64,000 bases of DNA from positions 186,001 to 250,000 of the forward strand of contig CBFFRQ010000069.1 in assembly GCA_965644315.1 (NCBI GenBank), written 5' to 3'. Shown piece after piece: positions 1 to 12,438 of the stretch. Under the pieces are notes generated by a model. That model made no database searches. It saw only the letters and a list, made by a program, of their open reading frames with translations, and was not told the origin of the DNA. A program made the position numbers and the translations under genes. The stretch is from Caecitellus pseudoparvulus. Its lineage: Eukaryota; Protista; Bigyra: Bicosoecida. The first letter of the stretch is position 1. The number at the start of each line of letters is the position of its first letter.

Positions 1-2882
1 AGCCGTCGTTGATGCGTTGACGGCGCCATGGCTTGAGGCCCGGCTGTGCGGCGGCGACCATGGCCTCCTGGGACACCGCGTCAAAGGCCCGTGACCCATG
101 CAGCTGTCCCAATTGGTCAATTATGCTGAGCTCCGGGATTGACGGCGGCACCCCCAGCCTGCGGGCGTGTGCTGCGTGCATGATGGCGCCGGGAATGGTA
201 TCGGTGGAGCACCGTTGCAGGGCAGCCACGGGCCCCCGGGCTGGGGCTGCGTCAACAGGCGCGTGCGCTGTCTGGCGGTAGACATCCATACGAAGGCCAC
301 CGTCAAGCATGAGAGTGACCAGCTCCCCATGTGGCGCGCTCTGAACTTGTCCGTGGGATGGGTGTCGCCGGTCGTAGTGCAGCCCGGGCCTCACTTTGGA
401 CACCAGCTCCTCCACGGACACTGACGGGACAAATGGCTCCTGGGGGAGAGGGGTGCCTGTGCCGTTGTCTTCGCCTTCCGCATCGAGCAAGCTGTCAGCT
501 GCTGCCGTGGGGGGAGGCGGCCTGGAGTTCCGGTACACGTAAAACCGGCTCTGCACTGAGCCGCCCGACGTCAGCGTGTATGCGTCCAAGTGACCGTGCG
601 GGGCTGTCTCTTGCGCGCCATGTAGCCGCTGGGTGCTCATGGCTGCTGAGGGGGGGGCTTGCAAAGCCTGTGAACCGACACCCCGAGAGCGCTGAGCTGG
701 GCGCTGGCTAGCTTGACCAGTCGAGGTGTCCCGGAAGATGAAGAGGCGCACGGGTGAAGCGCTGCCTTTCAACGTCATGCTGTGCAGCTCGCCACCCACC
801 ACCTTTTCGGCACCTGTTGGTCCAGGCTGCGCCTGCAGTGCCTGCAGGCCAGCGGCGGCCCCCGCGTCCAGGGCAGTGGCGGACCAGGCTGCGGGGTCCC
901 CCTTGAACACCTCCACTCGGACAGGGCTGTCGGGTTCGCCCATCATGTGGGTATTCAGGGCGCCCCCTGCCACCTTGGACACGGCCCCATGGTCAGGGTG
1001 TGAGTCCAGAGTTGGCACTCCCTTCAGGAGTCTACGGGAGGATAAGGAGGGTGCCTCGTCCACTGACTTGCCCCTAAAGATGTGCATGCGAATGGGGGAT
1101 GCTGGTTCACCCACCACCTGGGTCTCCAGCTCACCCCCTGCAACAGGCTCTCGGACACCTGTCTCGGGGTGGTCCTCATGCACGCGAATGGGAGAGGGGG
1201 GCGCCTCGCAGGACCCTGTCACGCCGGCTTCTTCCGTGGCACCAGAGGACGGCAGGCCGAGGGGGTTCTCCACGGAGCGCAACGTTTGGGGGGCAGCGCG
1301 CTGGGCACTGCGCAAGCGCTCCAGTTGCTGCTTCAGTGCTGCCTTCTCGCTGGCGAGGGCTTCCGCATCATCTGCGTCGTTGGAGGTGCTCTCGAACTCC
1401 TCCACCACCACGGCCAGTACGAGGTTCATGGCGAAGAAGGCCCCCAGCAGCACAGCTGCGACAAAAAAGATCCAGACTGTCTTGCCGGCGGCGTCCTGGA
1501 CAGCGTACATGATCTCGGCCCACCCAGACATGTCCACCACCAAGTACATGGTGAGGAGAGCGTTCCCAAAGTTGTCGAAGTGCACGATACCATTGCCTAG
1601 GTTTTCCCCGACAGGTCTGCAAGAGGCGCCTGTGGGGCAAGTGCGGGCGTTGTCAGCGTCCACCGTGGAGCAGATGAACTCTCCATCTTCCAGCAGCTCG
1701 CCTGTCGCGTCGTCCACGCAGCGCTGGTGCAGCAGGCCATTGAACAGCTGCACCCCAGTGATGGCGAAGATGATGAAGAGAAAGAGGAGGATGAAGCCCA
1801 CCTGCAACAAGTCGGGCAGTGTGTTCAGGAGGGTGGTCACGATGACCTTCAAGCTCTTGAGCTTGTTTACAGCTCGCAGGGGGCGCAAGACACGGAGTGC
1901 GCGGATGGCTGAGGAACCGTTCCCGAACGAGGGGATGAACTCCAGGAAGCCCACGAGCACGATGAAGAAGTCAAGGACATTCCAGCCGTTGGTGAAGTAC
2001 GGAGCGCGCGGGTCCTCATCGCCTTCCTCCGTCTCAGCCAAGGCAGCCTCTGCCTGGCGCCACACAGCGTCTGGTCCTGCTTCTGCATCCACCTCAGCAG
2101 GGTTTTTGTGCACGCTGCCATCCAGCTCATCGTACCGCGAGCAGCAGCCCTGTGAGGATGGGGTGTGGCGGCGGGGTTCAAGGTGCACGCTTCGAAGGGA
2201 GGGTTGCAGGGCAGAGCAGGCTACACACCAGGGCTGTAATCTTCAACACTGCTTCAATGACAAAAATGGTCGTGAAGATGCCGTCGAATACCGCCAAGGC
2301 CTGAGCCTCAGGGGACGCTTGGTCCATCGTCGGGTTCGCCAGTGCCAGCGTCACAGCGTTGGCGGCAATGACCCCCATGATGAACCAATCGAACCATGGG
2401 TGCAACACCACCAATTCCCGTAACTTAACTCGCTGGGGGGTGAACCTCGAGCACCAAGGCGCGCAGCGGCGGTCGAGGGATGGGCATTCCACGATGGCGG
2501 CCGCACAGCGGCCAAGCACACCTTTTGGGGCTTGCTCCTCGCTGTCGCCGCTCGACCGCGCGAAACGGGCTTCGATTTCGCCTGCCAGGTGCATGCTGAA
2601 CACACCATCCGAAAACGATCCCTGGCTTTCCTGCCGGGTGGCCTCCTCTGAAACTTGGGCTGCGGACAAGGTGGGAGTGGGCGGCGGGCCTTCCCAGCCT
2701 CGCAGTGCCATCTCCTGCCTCAGCATGTCTTGCCTCATCTGCGACATGGTGTGCCGCCGCTGGGAGGAAGATGGCGCCGTCCTCTTAGAAGACTGGCCCC
2801 CTTCGTGCCCTGCTGGTGCTCGAACGGGCGTGGCATGGGCGGCGCTCCCAGCTTCGCCTGCACTTGGCACACCACCGTCCAT
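1..2882 (-). CDS. Voltage-gated Ca2+/Na+ channel alpha subunit, domain I plus long cytosolic linker (3' end outside window)
   Basis: S1 HPWFDWFIMGVIAANAV. One intron with acceptor at 2150. Then NGWNVLDFFIV (S3), AIRALRVLRPLRAVNKL (S4), a Cys-containing S5-P turret, FDNFG...VVDMSGW pore loop and FFAMNLVLAVV (S6). Frame stays open to position 1. Confidence 0.9.
270..1172 (-). repeat. Four degenerate ~33-aa peptide repeats in the channel linker
   Basis: HPETGVREPVAGGELETQVVGEPASPIRMHIFR; HPDHGAVSKVAGGALNTHMMGEPDSPVRVEVFK; GPTGAEKVVGGELHSMTLKGSASPVRLFIFR; HPSHGQVQSAPHGELVTLMLDGGLRMDVYR. Confidence 0.75.
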
Positions 2883-3116
2883 GGCCTCCGCTGCAGGAGG
2901 GCGCGTCTGGAACGCTGCAAAGGTGTAGGACAAGCTAGAGTCAAGAGTGCATTCCACCTGCAACCCAACAACAGTGGCACTCAAGGCCCTCACCGGTGGA
3001 ATTGTGGCGACCGAGGCGCATTGCCAGCTCCTGTGGCGCTTTGCGGTAATTGGCTGGATCTATCTCGCGCTCCGCAGTCCACAGGCTGGCATGCCCTGCG
3101 GGAGGGGGTTCAAAGA

Positions 3117-6100
3117 TCAACCCTTCCCGTCTGAGTCGCCTGGCTGAGGGTCGGCAGCTGCAGTGCTGATGTCTGGCAGCATTTTTGCAAGTGGACTGGC
3201 CGCGATAGACTGAGTTGGCAGGGACAAGTCACTGGCCGGAGACATGCTGGCTTTGAAGATGAAGGTTGCGCCTGGAGCAGGGAGGTACGTGCTCAGCACC
3301 GCCACATACCACCCTGGCAATGCACGTTGAAGAGTAGCTGCGTTGAAGCAGGTGCGATAAGGGCCGGTGCTGCTGACCAGGTCGAAGTCACGCTTCGTCT
3401 CTGGCGAGATGCGTTGTTCCGGGGCTACTCCCTGCGCTGTGCACTCTCTACAGCGATACAGATGAATGCCAGGGCTTGCAGTCTTCTGAGTTTGCAGCTG
3501 CAACTCCAGGGGGCTCGTGTAGGGGACGAACAGTGCCACCTGGGGATTGCCCCAGTACGCGGCACCGGTGGATGGGTTTCCACCCGCAGCTGAGCCCGCC
3601 CATACACCAGTAATGGATGGGAGGGGGCGGGTGGTCAGGTGCCTGGCAGGTCCCAATGACACCGGGTCAAATGACCACACACGCAGGGTGTAGTACACGT
3701 CGACCTTCCGCAAGTATTGGGACACGACCAACGTGAGGTCGTGCTCGCCCACTGGCAGGCGCAAGTGCAGCAAAACATGGGGATTAGGTGTGTACTTTGT
3801 CTTGCGCCAGGCTTCGCTGGCCCAGTGTACCCGGTGTCCTCCAAGGACGCTGTGCTGCGTCACCCACTCCACTTGACCGTCCCCCATCCCACTTGTGTGC
3901 GTTTCGACAGATTTTTGCCCCCCTGCCTTCGTGGGCTGCGTCTTGAACGCGTACAGGCTCAAGAATGGCACATCGCTTTCTTCGGGGGCCTCACCCCGTG
4001 CAGCGAGCCCGGCGCTTGCGTTCTCCTCCGCTGCATCACGGCGCTGCACGTGTCTGGTCAGCACTACCCACACTTCTGACATGTACTCTTTTGCTCCTGT
4101 CGTTGCACTGCGTGGGGCCACTGAGACCTTAAGCGCATACTGGGGGTTGCTGCCCATGGTGTAGAGGTCGTTCGCTGGGCCGGGTGCTGCTGCAGGCCAG
4201 GCTGTATGCTGCACGAAGCGGTGCCGAAAAAGGCCTGCGTTCCAATTCATGTACACACGGGAAAAGGCGTGGAGCAGGGCTGGGAAGTCGATGAAGAATA
4301 TGCCATCGTCGGACATGGCCGCTTTGCCAGGGTCATAGCCAACAGCTGCCTGCAGCTGGGGTGTCCAGTTGGCCGTGTCGCGGGGACTGAATCGGCCCTT
4401 CCACGCCGTGTTCGCCCATGGGTTCTTCACTTTCACAAGGCGCAGGTGCCCTCCCTGCACTACACTGGGCTTGGCCAAACTGGCTGGCAGCTCGAACACA
4501 TCCAAAATGGCGTACGCATGGGTGGGCACGAGCCCTTTCGTCTCTGCCTCCGCTTCCGACATGCTGCCTGTGCTGACAGTGGCGAGGACATCGCCATACC
4601 GGGACGCACTCAGCAGGCGAGCCCACAGGCGCTCCGGGTCGACTGGGTCCTCGCCGCCTGGCAACACGTTGCTATCAGGGATCCACCCTGTAAAGGTGTG
4701 CATGTCAATGGCCGAGTTTGAGCCTGGGAAGTCGTACCCGCCGCTGGCCAGCTTCATGTAGGCCTTCTCCAGGAGACAAGGCCAGAACTCAGTGCTGCGA
4801 GCTGAGAAGGCACAGAGGGGCCGGCAGGCAGCATCCACGGGCAGGCGGTCATCGATCTCCACGCGCCGCCGGCACCCGTTGAAATGCAGGCAGACAAGGT
4901 ACCTGCCATAGGGGCTGTACACTGGCTGCCCATTCGAGTCGTGGGGGTAAATGATGCCGCTTATGAGTCGACTGCCGTGGCGCTGTTCGTGTAGGGCTGC
5001 AATGGCCAGGCTGCTGACGACGCTGCAGTCCCCGATCGACGTCTGCGTCACAGCCTCGGGCTGTACCCCGCCAGGCCCGATGACGCAGGGGCGCTTCCCC
5101 TTGCCAGGCAGCGCGGCGGTGATTTCATGCAGTCGGGCCCAGCGGGAAAAGCGGCGGCGCTGGGAGGCGGAGAGCCGCAGGTCTCCGCACGGATCCTTGA
5201 ACATGCCGTCAATCTGGGGGGGGAAAGCTGGCACCCACCCCGGCGGGAACCGTGCGGCGTCCCCGGCATCCTGCACTGCATCCCAGGGAGGGAAGGTGAC
5301 CCCGTGCACAGTGCTGGTTGCGCGCAGCACTTCACGTTCGCGCTGCGACAGCGCCGCTCCACCCGAAGTGTGGATGCTGGCCTGGGCTGAAGGGGGTGGC
5401 GAGCCGGCCCCGGCTTGTGCGCTTGGAGGCAAAGAAGGCACGGCTGAGGTGGAAGGGATGCTTGGCATGCTTGCCAACGTAGAATTTGGGGACAGGGCCC
5501 CGCCACATGCTCCGGGCACGTCTGGAAGGGAGGGCAGAGTTGGCAAGGCGGGCAAGGCAGCTGGGTCAGCCACGGGCACCACGCTGGCCGCTGCAGCCGC
5601 CTCTGCAGCGGCCAGCGCCCGCTCTGCAAGGGCTTCAATGTCACTCCATGTGTGCTCTGAGAACACTGCCCTCAGCCCAGTGCCATATTGGCGCAGGATT
5701 GCTCCAAACGCTTCGGCAGCTGTACGAGTCTTTTCCGCGTCGCTGCCGCAGTTCTGCAGCAGCCCGCGTGCTCGAGATAGATCAGCCTGTGCTTGCTGGC
5801 GTGTCGAATGTGGTATGGTTGGAGCTGGCTGTGGTATGGGCTGCCCGGGCACGGTCTCTCCCAGCAGTGCCCCCAAGTCCCACGACCCCTCTAGCTCCGC
5901 TTCTGCTTCGCTCAGAGTGTACCCCAGAGCTGGAGCTGAGGGGAAATCTGCCCCAGAAGCTGCCGCCTGAACAGGGATTGAAGCTCCAGCTGTGTGGCCT
6001 GGATGTGCCTGGGCCTGCGTCAAGGGCTGCTCTGCTGGCACCAGAACCCAGCCCTCAGAGTCGGCGCAGGGGTCCTCGCTCTCCTGCGCCAGCCCATGTG

Positions 6101-6428
6101 GCACTGAGGTGCCGGAGGCCGCTGCCGACTGACGCAGGCTCTCCTCCAAGGATTTTACATGCCTCAAAACCTCCTCACATATGGTAAGGTAGTGGCGCTT
6201 CCTGCAGCAACGCAGCCGCCGGCAGCTTAAGGTGAGTGCTGGCGTGAGGGAAACTTTCAGGAAACGCAGGCCTCACCTGGCTTGGTCAGCATCCTGCTCC
6301 AGGGCGTCGTACAAGTGAACAATGCCTCTCTTGTAGTGATTCAATGCATCGGAGAGCTTCCCATCCCGATTCGCCTCATCCGCTAATTGAAAACAGCGGC
6401 TGCCGTCCCCGTACCTGGCCTCGCACAT
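3117..6428 (-). CDS. CAPN7: Calpain-7/PalB-like cysteine protease with N-terminal MIT domain
   Basis: Exon 1 is MIT-like (LADEANRDGKLSDALNHYKRGI). One intron near 6200-6276. Catalytic triad motifs QTSIGDCSVVSSL, HAYAIL and KNPW; LEKAYMKL..GYDFPGSNS; two C2-like domains (NPQY, AGGNP..NPQ). Confidence 0.92.
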
Positions 6429-6736
6429 GCTGCCGCAACAAGTGCGAGTGGTGCGCGGGCCGACGCGGCGATGCCCGAGTCCGTACGACTGCAAGCTATG
6501 GTGCTCAAGGGTGCATGTGGTGGAAAGCATGTGAGCGGAGTGGAATTGTTCACCAAATCTTGCTGCTCCTGCGGGAAGTCTGGCCGGGAGACTGCGCTCA
6601 CCCGCATTGCGCACACCCCGCGACACAAACACCAAGCATGCCCGAAGTGCGTGGACAACGAGCTAACGAATGCTGCATTTCTCCTTAGGTGGAGTGCGTG
6701 GTGCTCGCACTCCCAGAGCATGCCCCCTGACACTGC

Positions 6737-7831
6737 TCAGCCAAAGAGGTTGGCCTCCTCATCCTCACTCTCATCGTCCGCAGCAGAGAAGCCAGCAAAC
6801 TCTGCAGGAATGTCGGCATCCACGACAACAGCAGCACCCCCTGCTGCAGTGGCTGCCTCGCCAGGGGCGTCTGCCCCATGGAAGGCTTGGCGTGTGGCTG
6901 CTTCCTCTGCGAGCTTCCTGCGTTTCACCTCCAGCACCTTCTTGATTCTGTAGATGTCCTCGCGCTCCATTTCATCCAACTCCGACTTGACATACTTGAT
7001 TGTCGCCGAGAAGCGTGGGATGAGCACCTGCGCAGCGAGTCGCCCGTGCAAGACAGTGGCAGGTGAGCCTGGAAGGCAGCGTTCGCGGAAGGAGGCCTCA
7101 CGTTCTCGAGCGCGTTCACACGGCGGGAGGTCAACTTGATTGCCTTGTCAAGTGCTTGGAACTGCGTCTGAAGGCCTGCCAGGCGCACAAGCAGGGTCAG
7201 CAAGCTGCTCCACTGGCGCTGAGCGCGGGCAATGTCCCGGCCACCCCCTGCCAGCCCAAGATCAGCACGGGCCTCCAGCTCCCCACGAATGACTCGAAAC
7301 CGGGGCAGTGCCACACCAGCCACATTATCGTGCTTGACAGCGACTTGGACGGCCGGGGTGGTGTACGTGCCGTTCACGAGTTTCCGCCTGCGCAGCCGGG
7401 AGGAGTGGCTGTGCCAGCCGGCGGCCAGCACGCAGGAGGCTGCAGCCGCACACTCACTTGAACTCCCCTGCACTCCACACCGCGTCGTCAATAGCAAAGT
7501 AGCTGTTCCCACTTGCGCCCTGCAGGGCTTGCTTCGTCTGCGCATCCAGAGCCAGCGCGTGAGAATCATCCCTTGGCGCCTCTTGCAGCCTCGTTCACTC
7601 TCACCTTGAAGATGGCAGCCGCCATTGACCTGTGCTCTTTCCTGAGAGCATCCCGCTTCTTCTTCAGCAAGTCGTAACCTGCCGGGAAGGCAGACAAGTC
7701 CCATGACCTCAGCGGGTTTCACCGGCGTTTCGCGGATGCTCACCAGTCTTGGCTCCTGCGAGCTTGGTCTGGTACAGCTGCTCTGTCTGGCGCGTGGGGA
7801 AGACATTGTCGCGTTTTTCATGGCCTGACAT
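6737..7831 (-). CDS. ATP6V1D: V-type H+-ATPase subunit D
   Basis: NVFPTRQ, GYDLLKKKRDAL, DNVAGVALP, IKLTSRRVNALE, YVKSELDEMEREDIYRIKK; four GT-AG introns. Confidence 0.95.
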
Positions 7832-8363
7832 CGCGCACAAGCTTTGCTGGCCTCCGGAGCCGAGCGCGGAGGTCTCGTCGACGTGTGCAAGGCTTTGGCA
7901 AGGGGGCTGCTGCAGTGCCCTGACCGCGCCGAGTGCCGCGGGGCGTGTGAGCCTTGGCCCACAGGGGTGCCTGGATGAATTGCACAAGCTCCCCAGTTTC
8001 CAGATCAGTCACAGCGTGCAAGGCCAGCCGTGCGAAGTGTGGTTGGCGCACTGGCAATGCGGATCATTGGACGCGAGGGGGGGGCCTTCCAACTGCGAGG
8101 ATTGAGTCGAGCAGACCGACAAATTATTTTCCCCCGCCTGCTGAACCTGCTCAGCAGCCTGCAAGCTCGGTCGCTCCCCGCTGCAGCGATCTTTCGCGCC
8201 TTGCGGAACTGTTGGTACGTTCCCCCGCTGTTGCAGCCTTGAACTGGGCTGTGTCCGCAGCTTCGCCCCCCACGCGCGACTCAGACGCAGTGGGCCCCCT
8301 GCTGCGCAATGGTACCAACCTCCTCCCCTGCGCTCGTACAGGTTCTCGTCCTCTCACTTCGCC

Positions 8364-10361
8364 ATGGCTGACAAGGACGACGTAGAAACGATCAACCCCA
8401 CGGTGGAGTCTGAGGAGGGCGCTACAGCGCCTGAGACCCCCAGTGACGAGAAGCCCGAAGAGGAGAAGAAGGATGGCATCGTACAGAAGGTCAAGGACTT
8501 CCTGGATTCCAAGATCGGTGCGTGGCCTTGGCCAGAGCGCACCGGAATCGCGCGCTTCAAGTGCACTGCACATCCGCGCGCGCCGGCACAGGTGTGACCA
8601 TTGTGGGGGTGGTGGGCATGATCATGGCCATTGTTTCCATCGTTGTACGTGAGGCAAGCAGTTCCCAGGTTTTTTTCCGCGCGCACACTGCCCACGCGCC
8701 TCCCCCGCACAGGGTGTGACAACGGCCTACAACCTCTTGAAGGCTGTGAGTGCTTGCCCACCCCTCAACGAAGCGAGGCTGCATGCCAGCACCCACACGC
8801 CCCGCTGTCGCTGCAGAGAGTGGGAGATGTCTCCTCTGTCGCTGACAACTGGAACACGAAGCCTGTCATCGACCTGCAAGTTCGCTCCATCAGCCAGGGC
8901 TGCCCCTCCGGCGCCAACTGGGAGGAGTACACCATCACGCAGTGGGCTGGCGCTTCGAGCATGGGCTGGTGAGCAGCGCTGCCCGTGTTGTGCGCCCGTC
9001 TCCCCCTTCACATGCGCCCTTCTTTGCTTCTTTCCAGCGCATGCCCTAGTGGGGTCTCACAGGACTCCTCCTCGTCCTCCTGCAACACCAACCAGACCCG
9101 CGCTGGCTGTGTGGATGACGAAGGCTTCACGTCTCTGAAGTACAACACGTTCTTGCCTGGCGGCTACATTGCTTGTGCTCTGCGCGGTGGCAACGCCGCC
9201 AAGGGCCGCCCCATTCCCACGTCTGAAGACTCTTGCCCCTCCGGCACTGTGCTGTGTGGTGGCACCGCCGGTGCGACGTGGGATGCCAACCGTGCCACGT
9301 GCCAGCCATCCTCATCCGACTGCCCCGTCATGTTCCTCGACTACATCGACACCCCATCCTCTGCACCTGCTGGTGTGACACTGCGAACTGTGCCTGGCAC
9401 AGGCAAGTCGTTCGCTCTGTACAAGACCCTGCCCAGTAGCGTGCCTGCCAACTTCTCATCTGTAGGGGTGGGCCCACTCGTAAACCTCCCCATTGCTAAG
9501 GACGGCAAGGTGTGCCTCGCTTCCAGCAAGCCCATCGTGTCAGAGGAAGGCAGGAACCTGCAGAATGCCTACACGTCCTGCAGTGGAGGCGGTGACCCTC
9601 GGTACAAGCAAGTCCTGCAGCGCCCCATCTTCGACTTGTTCAACCACACGGTGCAGACCTCTTCCAGCTCCGTCTGTGTGAGCAACCCAAACCAACGAGT
9701 GAGCTTCAGTGGAGGCCGCTCATGCGGCACAGGCGACAGCCTTTGCCAGCGAATCATCTCAAACTCTCAGTGCGAGAAACTGGAGGAGTACGTCCAGAAC
9801 TCCAGGACGCAGGGGTCATGGGACGTCATGTACCGCAGCGAGGTGTACTGGTCCAGCGACTGCCCCGTGCCCCGTAAGGATGTGGAGAAGAACGTCAGCC
9901 CCATCAACGATGCGCTGGACCTGCAGTATGCTCTCATGGTTGTGAACATTTTGTTCAACGTCCTCTCGGGTTTCCTGATCCCCATCCTGCTCATCTACAA
10001 CGCGTGGGCGGGGGATGTGCCGTGTGTGCCGTACGAGGGCCAGGCTGAGAAGAACTTGATCAAGTTCATCAAGGTGTGGTTCTCAGCTGGCTCCAAGATC
10101 GGCAAGCTCATTCCTATGGTCATCGTGCTGGTCCTCATCCGTGGCATGCTGGGCTTCCTGGAGCGCCTGGACAAGGTCAGCTCGGAGCAGTGCTCCGATC
10201 CCACCACCACACGATCCTTCGAGGGAATCTCCACCACTCTGCAGGATGCGTACAACAGCAACACTCGGACCGCTCTGCCCATGGATGTCATCGGTCTCCT
10301 CATGGCTCTCTTCAACATTTACCGTGAACTGACCGATGGGGTCGCGTTGAAGGACAAGTGA
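8364..10361 (+). CDS. Uncharacterised 4-TM protein with large Cys-rich first extracellular loop (paralog 1)
   Basis: gccATGG start. Four introns (8519-8591, 8645-8712, 8746-8816, about 8969-9037). One N-terminal TM, a Cys-rich domain with NQT sequon, three C-terminal hydrophobic helices. Aligns along its length with paralog 2. Confidence 0.85.
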
Positions 10362-12438
10362 TTGTCGTGGATGTGTCCTATTCGTGCGTGCCGTCACGTG
10401 GAGCTGCCCTGCAATGCACCCGCAGTATCATCTGCACGCTAGCTGTCTCCATTTGAAAAGTGTCAGCAGTGCTGGGAGTGGGTTATGGTCAACCCTCTTC
10501 GCTTGCAGGTGAGCTTGTCCCAGGCACATGCTCAGCTGTGCCTTTTGAGCGAGAGTGCGCTAAGACGAAGCCATTGGGGGCACATTCCACAATCAACTCC
10601 TCTGAGCTACTTTCAGCTGTGTTTCTCGCAGGCCAGCGACTTCCTGGTCCGCTGAGACCACCACTCGCACAGCACCTCACCACGCGGACGCACACATCAA
10701 GCTGCACGAGGTGTGGCAGAGCAACGGCTGCCGCGCAACAGGCGGCAGAGGGATTACTAATCTGGCTTATGAAGTTAAATGGAGCTGGCTTCCACGAAAA
10801 CCACGAACCCCCTACACAGTGCGAGCGGGGAGCAACCCAAGCAAGCAGCGGAGAGTCCAAAACCCCGCAGCTGCTTCACCAAGGCACGCGCGTTGGTGTC
10901 TAGAGTCCTGGACTCCAAGCTCGGTGAGCGAAGGACGCCCCCCCTCTCCCTTGATTCCATGAGCACACATTCGACACTGCCCTCCTGCCCCAGGCATCAC
11001 CATTCAAGGCATAGTCACGATCCTGGTTGCCATCGTCTCCATCGTGGTGGGTTGCTGCTGGCTCGCTACGACGTTGCCTCACGTGCACCAACCCATGAGA
11101 CGCCGTTGCCCCTCTCATTCCCGCAGGGTGTCTCTGAAGCGTATGATATTCTGGAACAACACGTGGGAGATGCGTCGGACGTCGCAGACAGCTGGACGAC
11201 GATACCTGTGTTGGACATCCAGCTGGCGCCGGTGGCAGGCGACTGCCCTGCAGAGTACAGCGAGGTGACCGACATCACATGGCCTGGCGCCAACAGATTG
11301 GGCTGGTGCGTTTGTGCCTGCTCGCGGCCGCCGACTTGGTGTGCTGGCTGCATTGCCTTGGGCCCCTCTGCACAGTGCTTGTCCGCGGGAGTCGCTCAAC
11401 GACCTGGATGAGCGGAGCTCTTTCACTTCCTGCAGTGCCAACCAGACGCGCGCTGGGTGCCGCACAGATGAGGCTCTGCCCAGTCTTCCATACACTCGAT
11501 ACTTTGGCGACTCCAAGCTTTGCCTGAGGCGCGGCGGCAGACCCGCCAAGGGCCGCCCCATTCCCACTGCCACCAAGGGATGCCCCTCCGACACTGTGCT
11601 GTGTGGCGGCACCACTGGTGCGACGTGGGACGCTAACCGTGCCACGTGCCAGCCATCTGCAGCTCAGTGTCCCTTGGTGAACGTCACGTGGGCGCCTGCC
11701 CCGGTCAACGCCTCTGCCCCCCCTGGAACTCGTATTGTACCTGTGCCTGAGCTTGGCATGGCCTTCTACCTTGCCACAGAGCTCCTCGATCCCAGTGTCT
11801 TGTCCAGTGCCTCGGCTGGTTTTGGCCCGCTGCTGTCCATGCCTTTCACCCGCAACGAACGCGTGTGCGTGGGCGGCGGCACAGCTGGATACGCTTCTGC
11901 TGGCGATGGCTTCCGCAACTTCTACACGGCGTGCTCTGAGCAGACAGACCCCAGATTCGTCCGTTTGGCGAGCCTCTCTGAAAGGTCGCTGCTGAATGCC
12001 ACAGTGAACGAAGCCAGCGGCTCGCCCTGCGTACGCGCTGGGGGGAGCGCGCGTGTCACCCCGTTCAGCAACAATGGCACCTGCCGGGCTGGCGATAGGC
12101 GGTGTGAGAACATCATGGAGCTGACACAGTGCGAGAAAGCACAGCGGTACGCAGCAGCTCCCAGCCGGACCGATACATGGGACGTCATGTACCGCAGCGA
12201 GGTGTACTGGTCCAGCGACTGCCCCGTGCCCCGCACCGAGGTGGAAAAGAACGTCAGCCCCATCAACGAAGCGCTGGACCTGCAGTACGCGCTGCTAGTG
12301 GTAAACATTGTGTTCAATGTGCTAGCAGGTTTCCTGATCCCCATCCTGCTCATCTACAACGCGTGGGCGGGGGATGTGCCGTGTGTGCCGTACGAGGGCC
12401 AGGCTGAGAAGAACTTGATCAAGTTCATCAAGGTGTGG
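9969..12438 (+). repeat. Identical DNA tracts shared by the tandem paralogs
   Basis: 9969-10079 = 12328-12438 (111 nt) and 9817-9874 = 12176-12233 (58 nt), by direct comparison. Confidence 0.9.
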
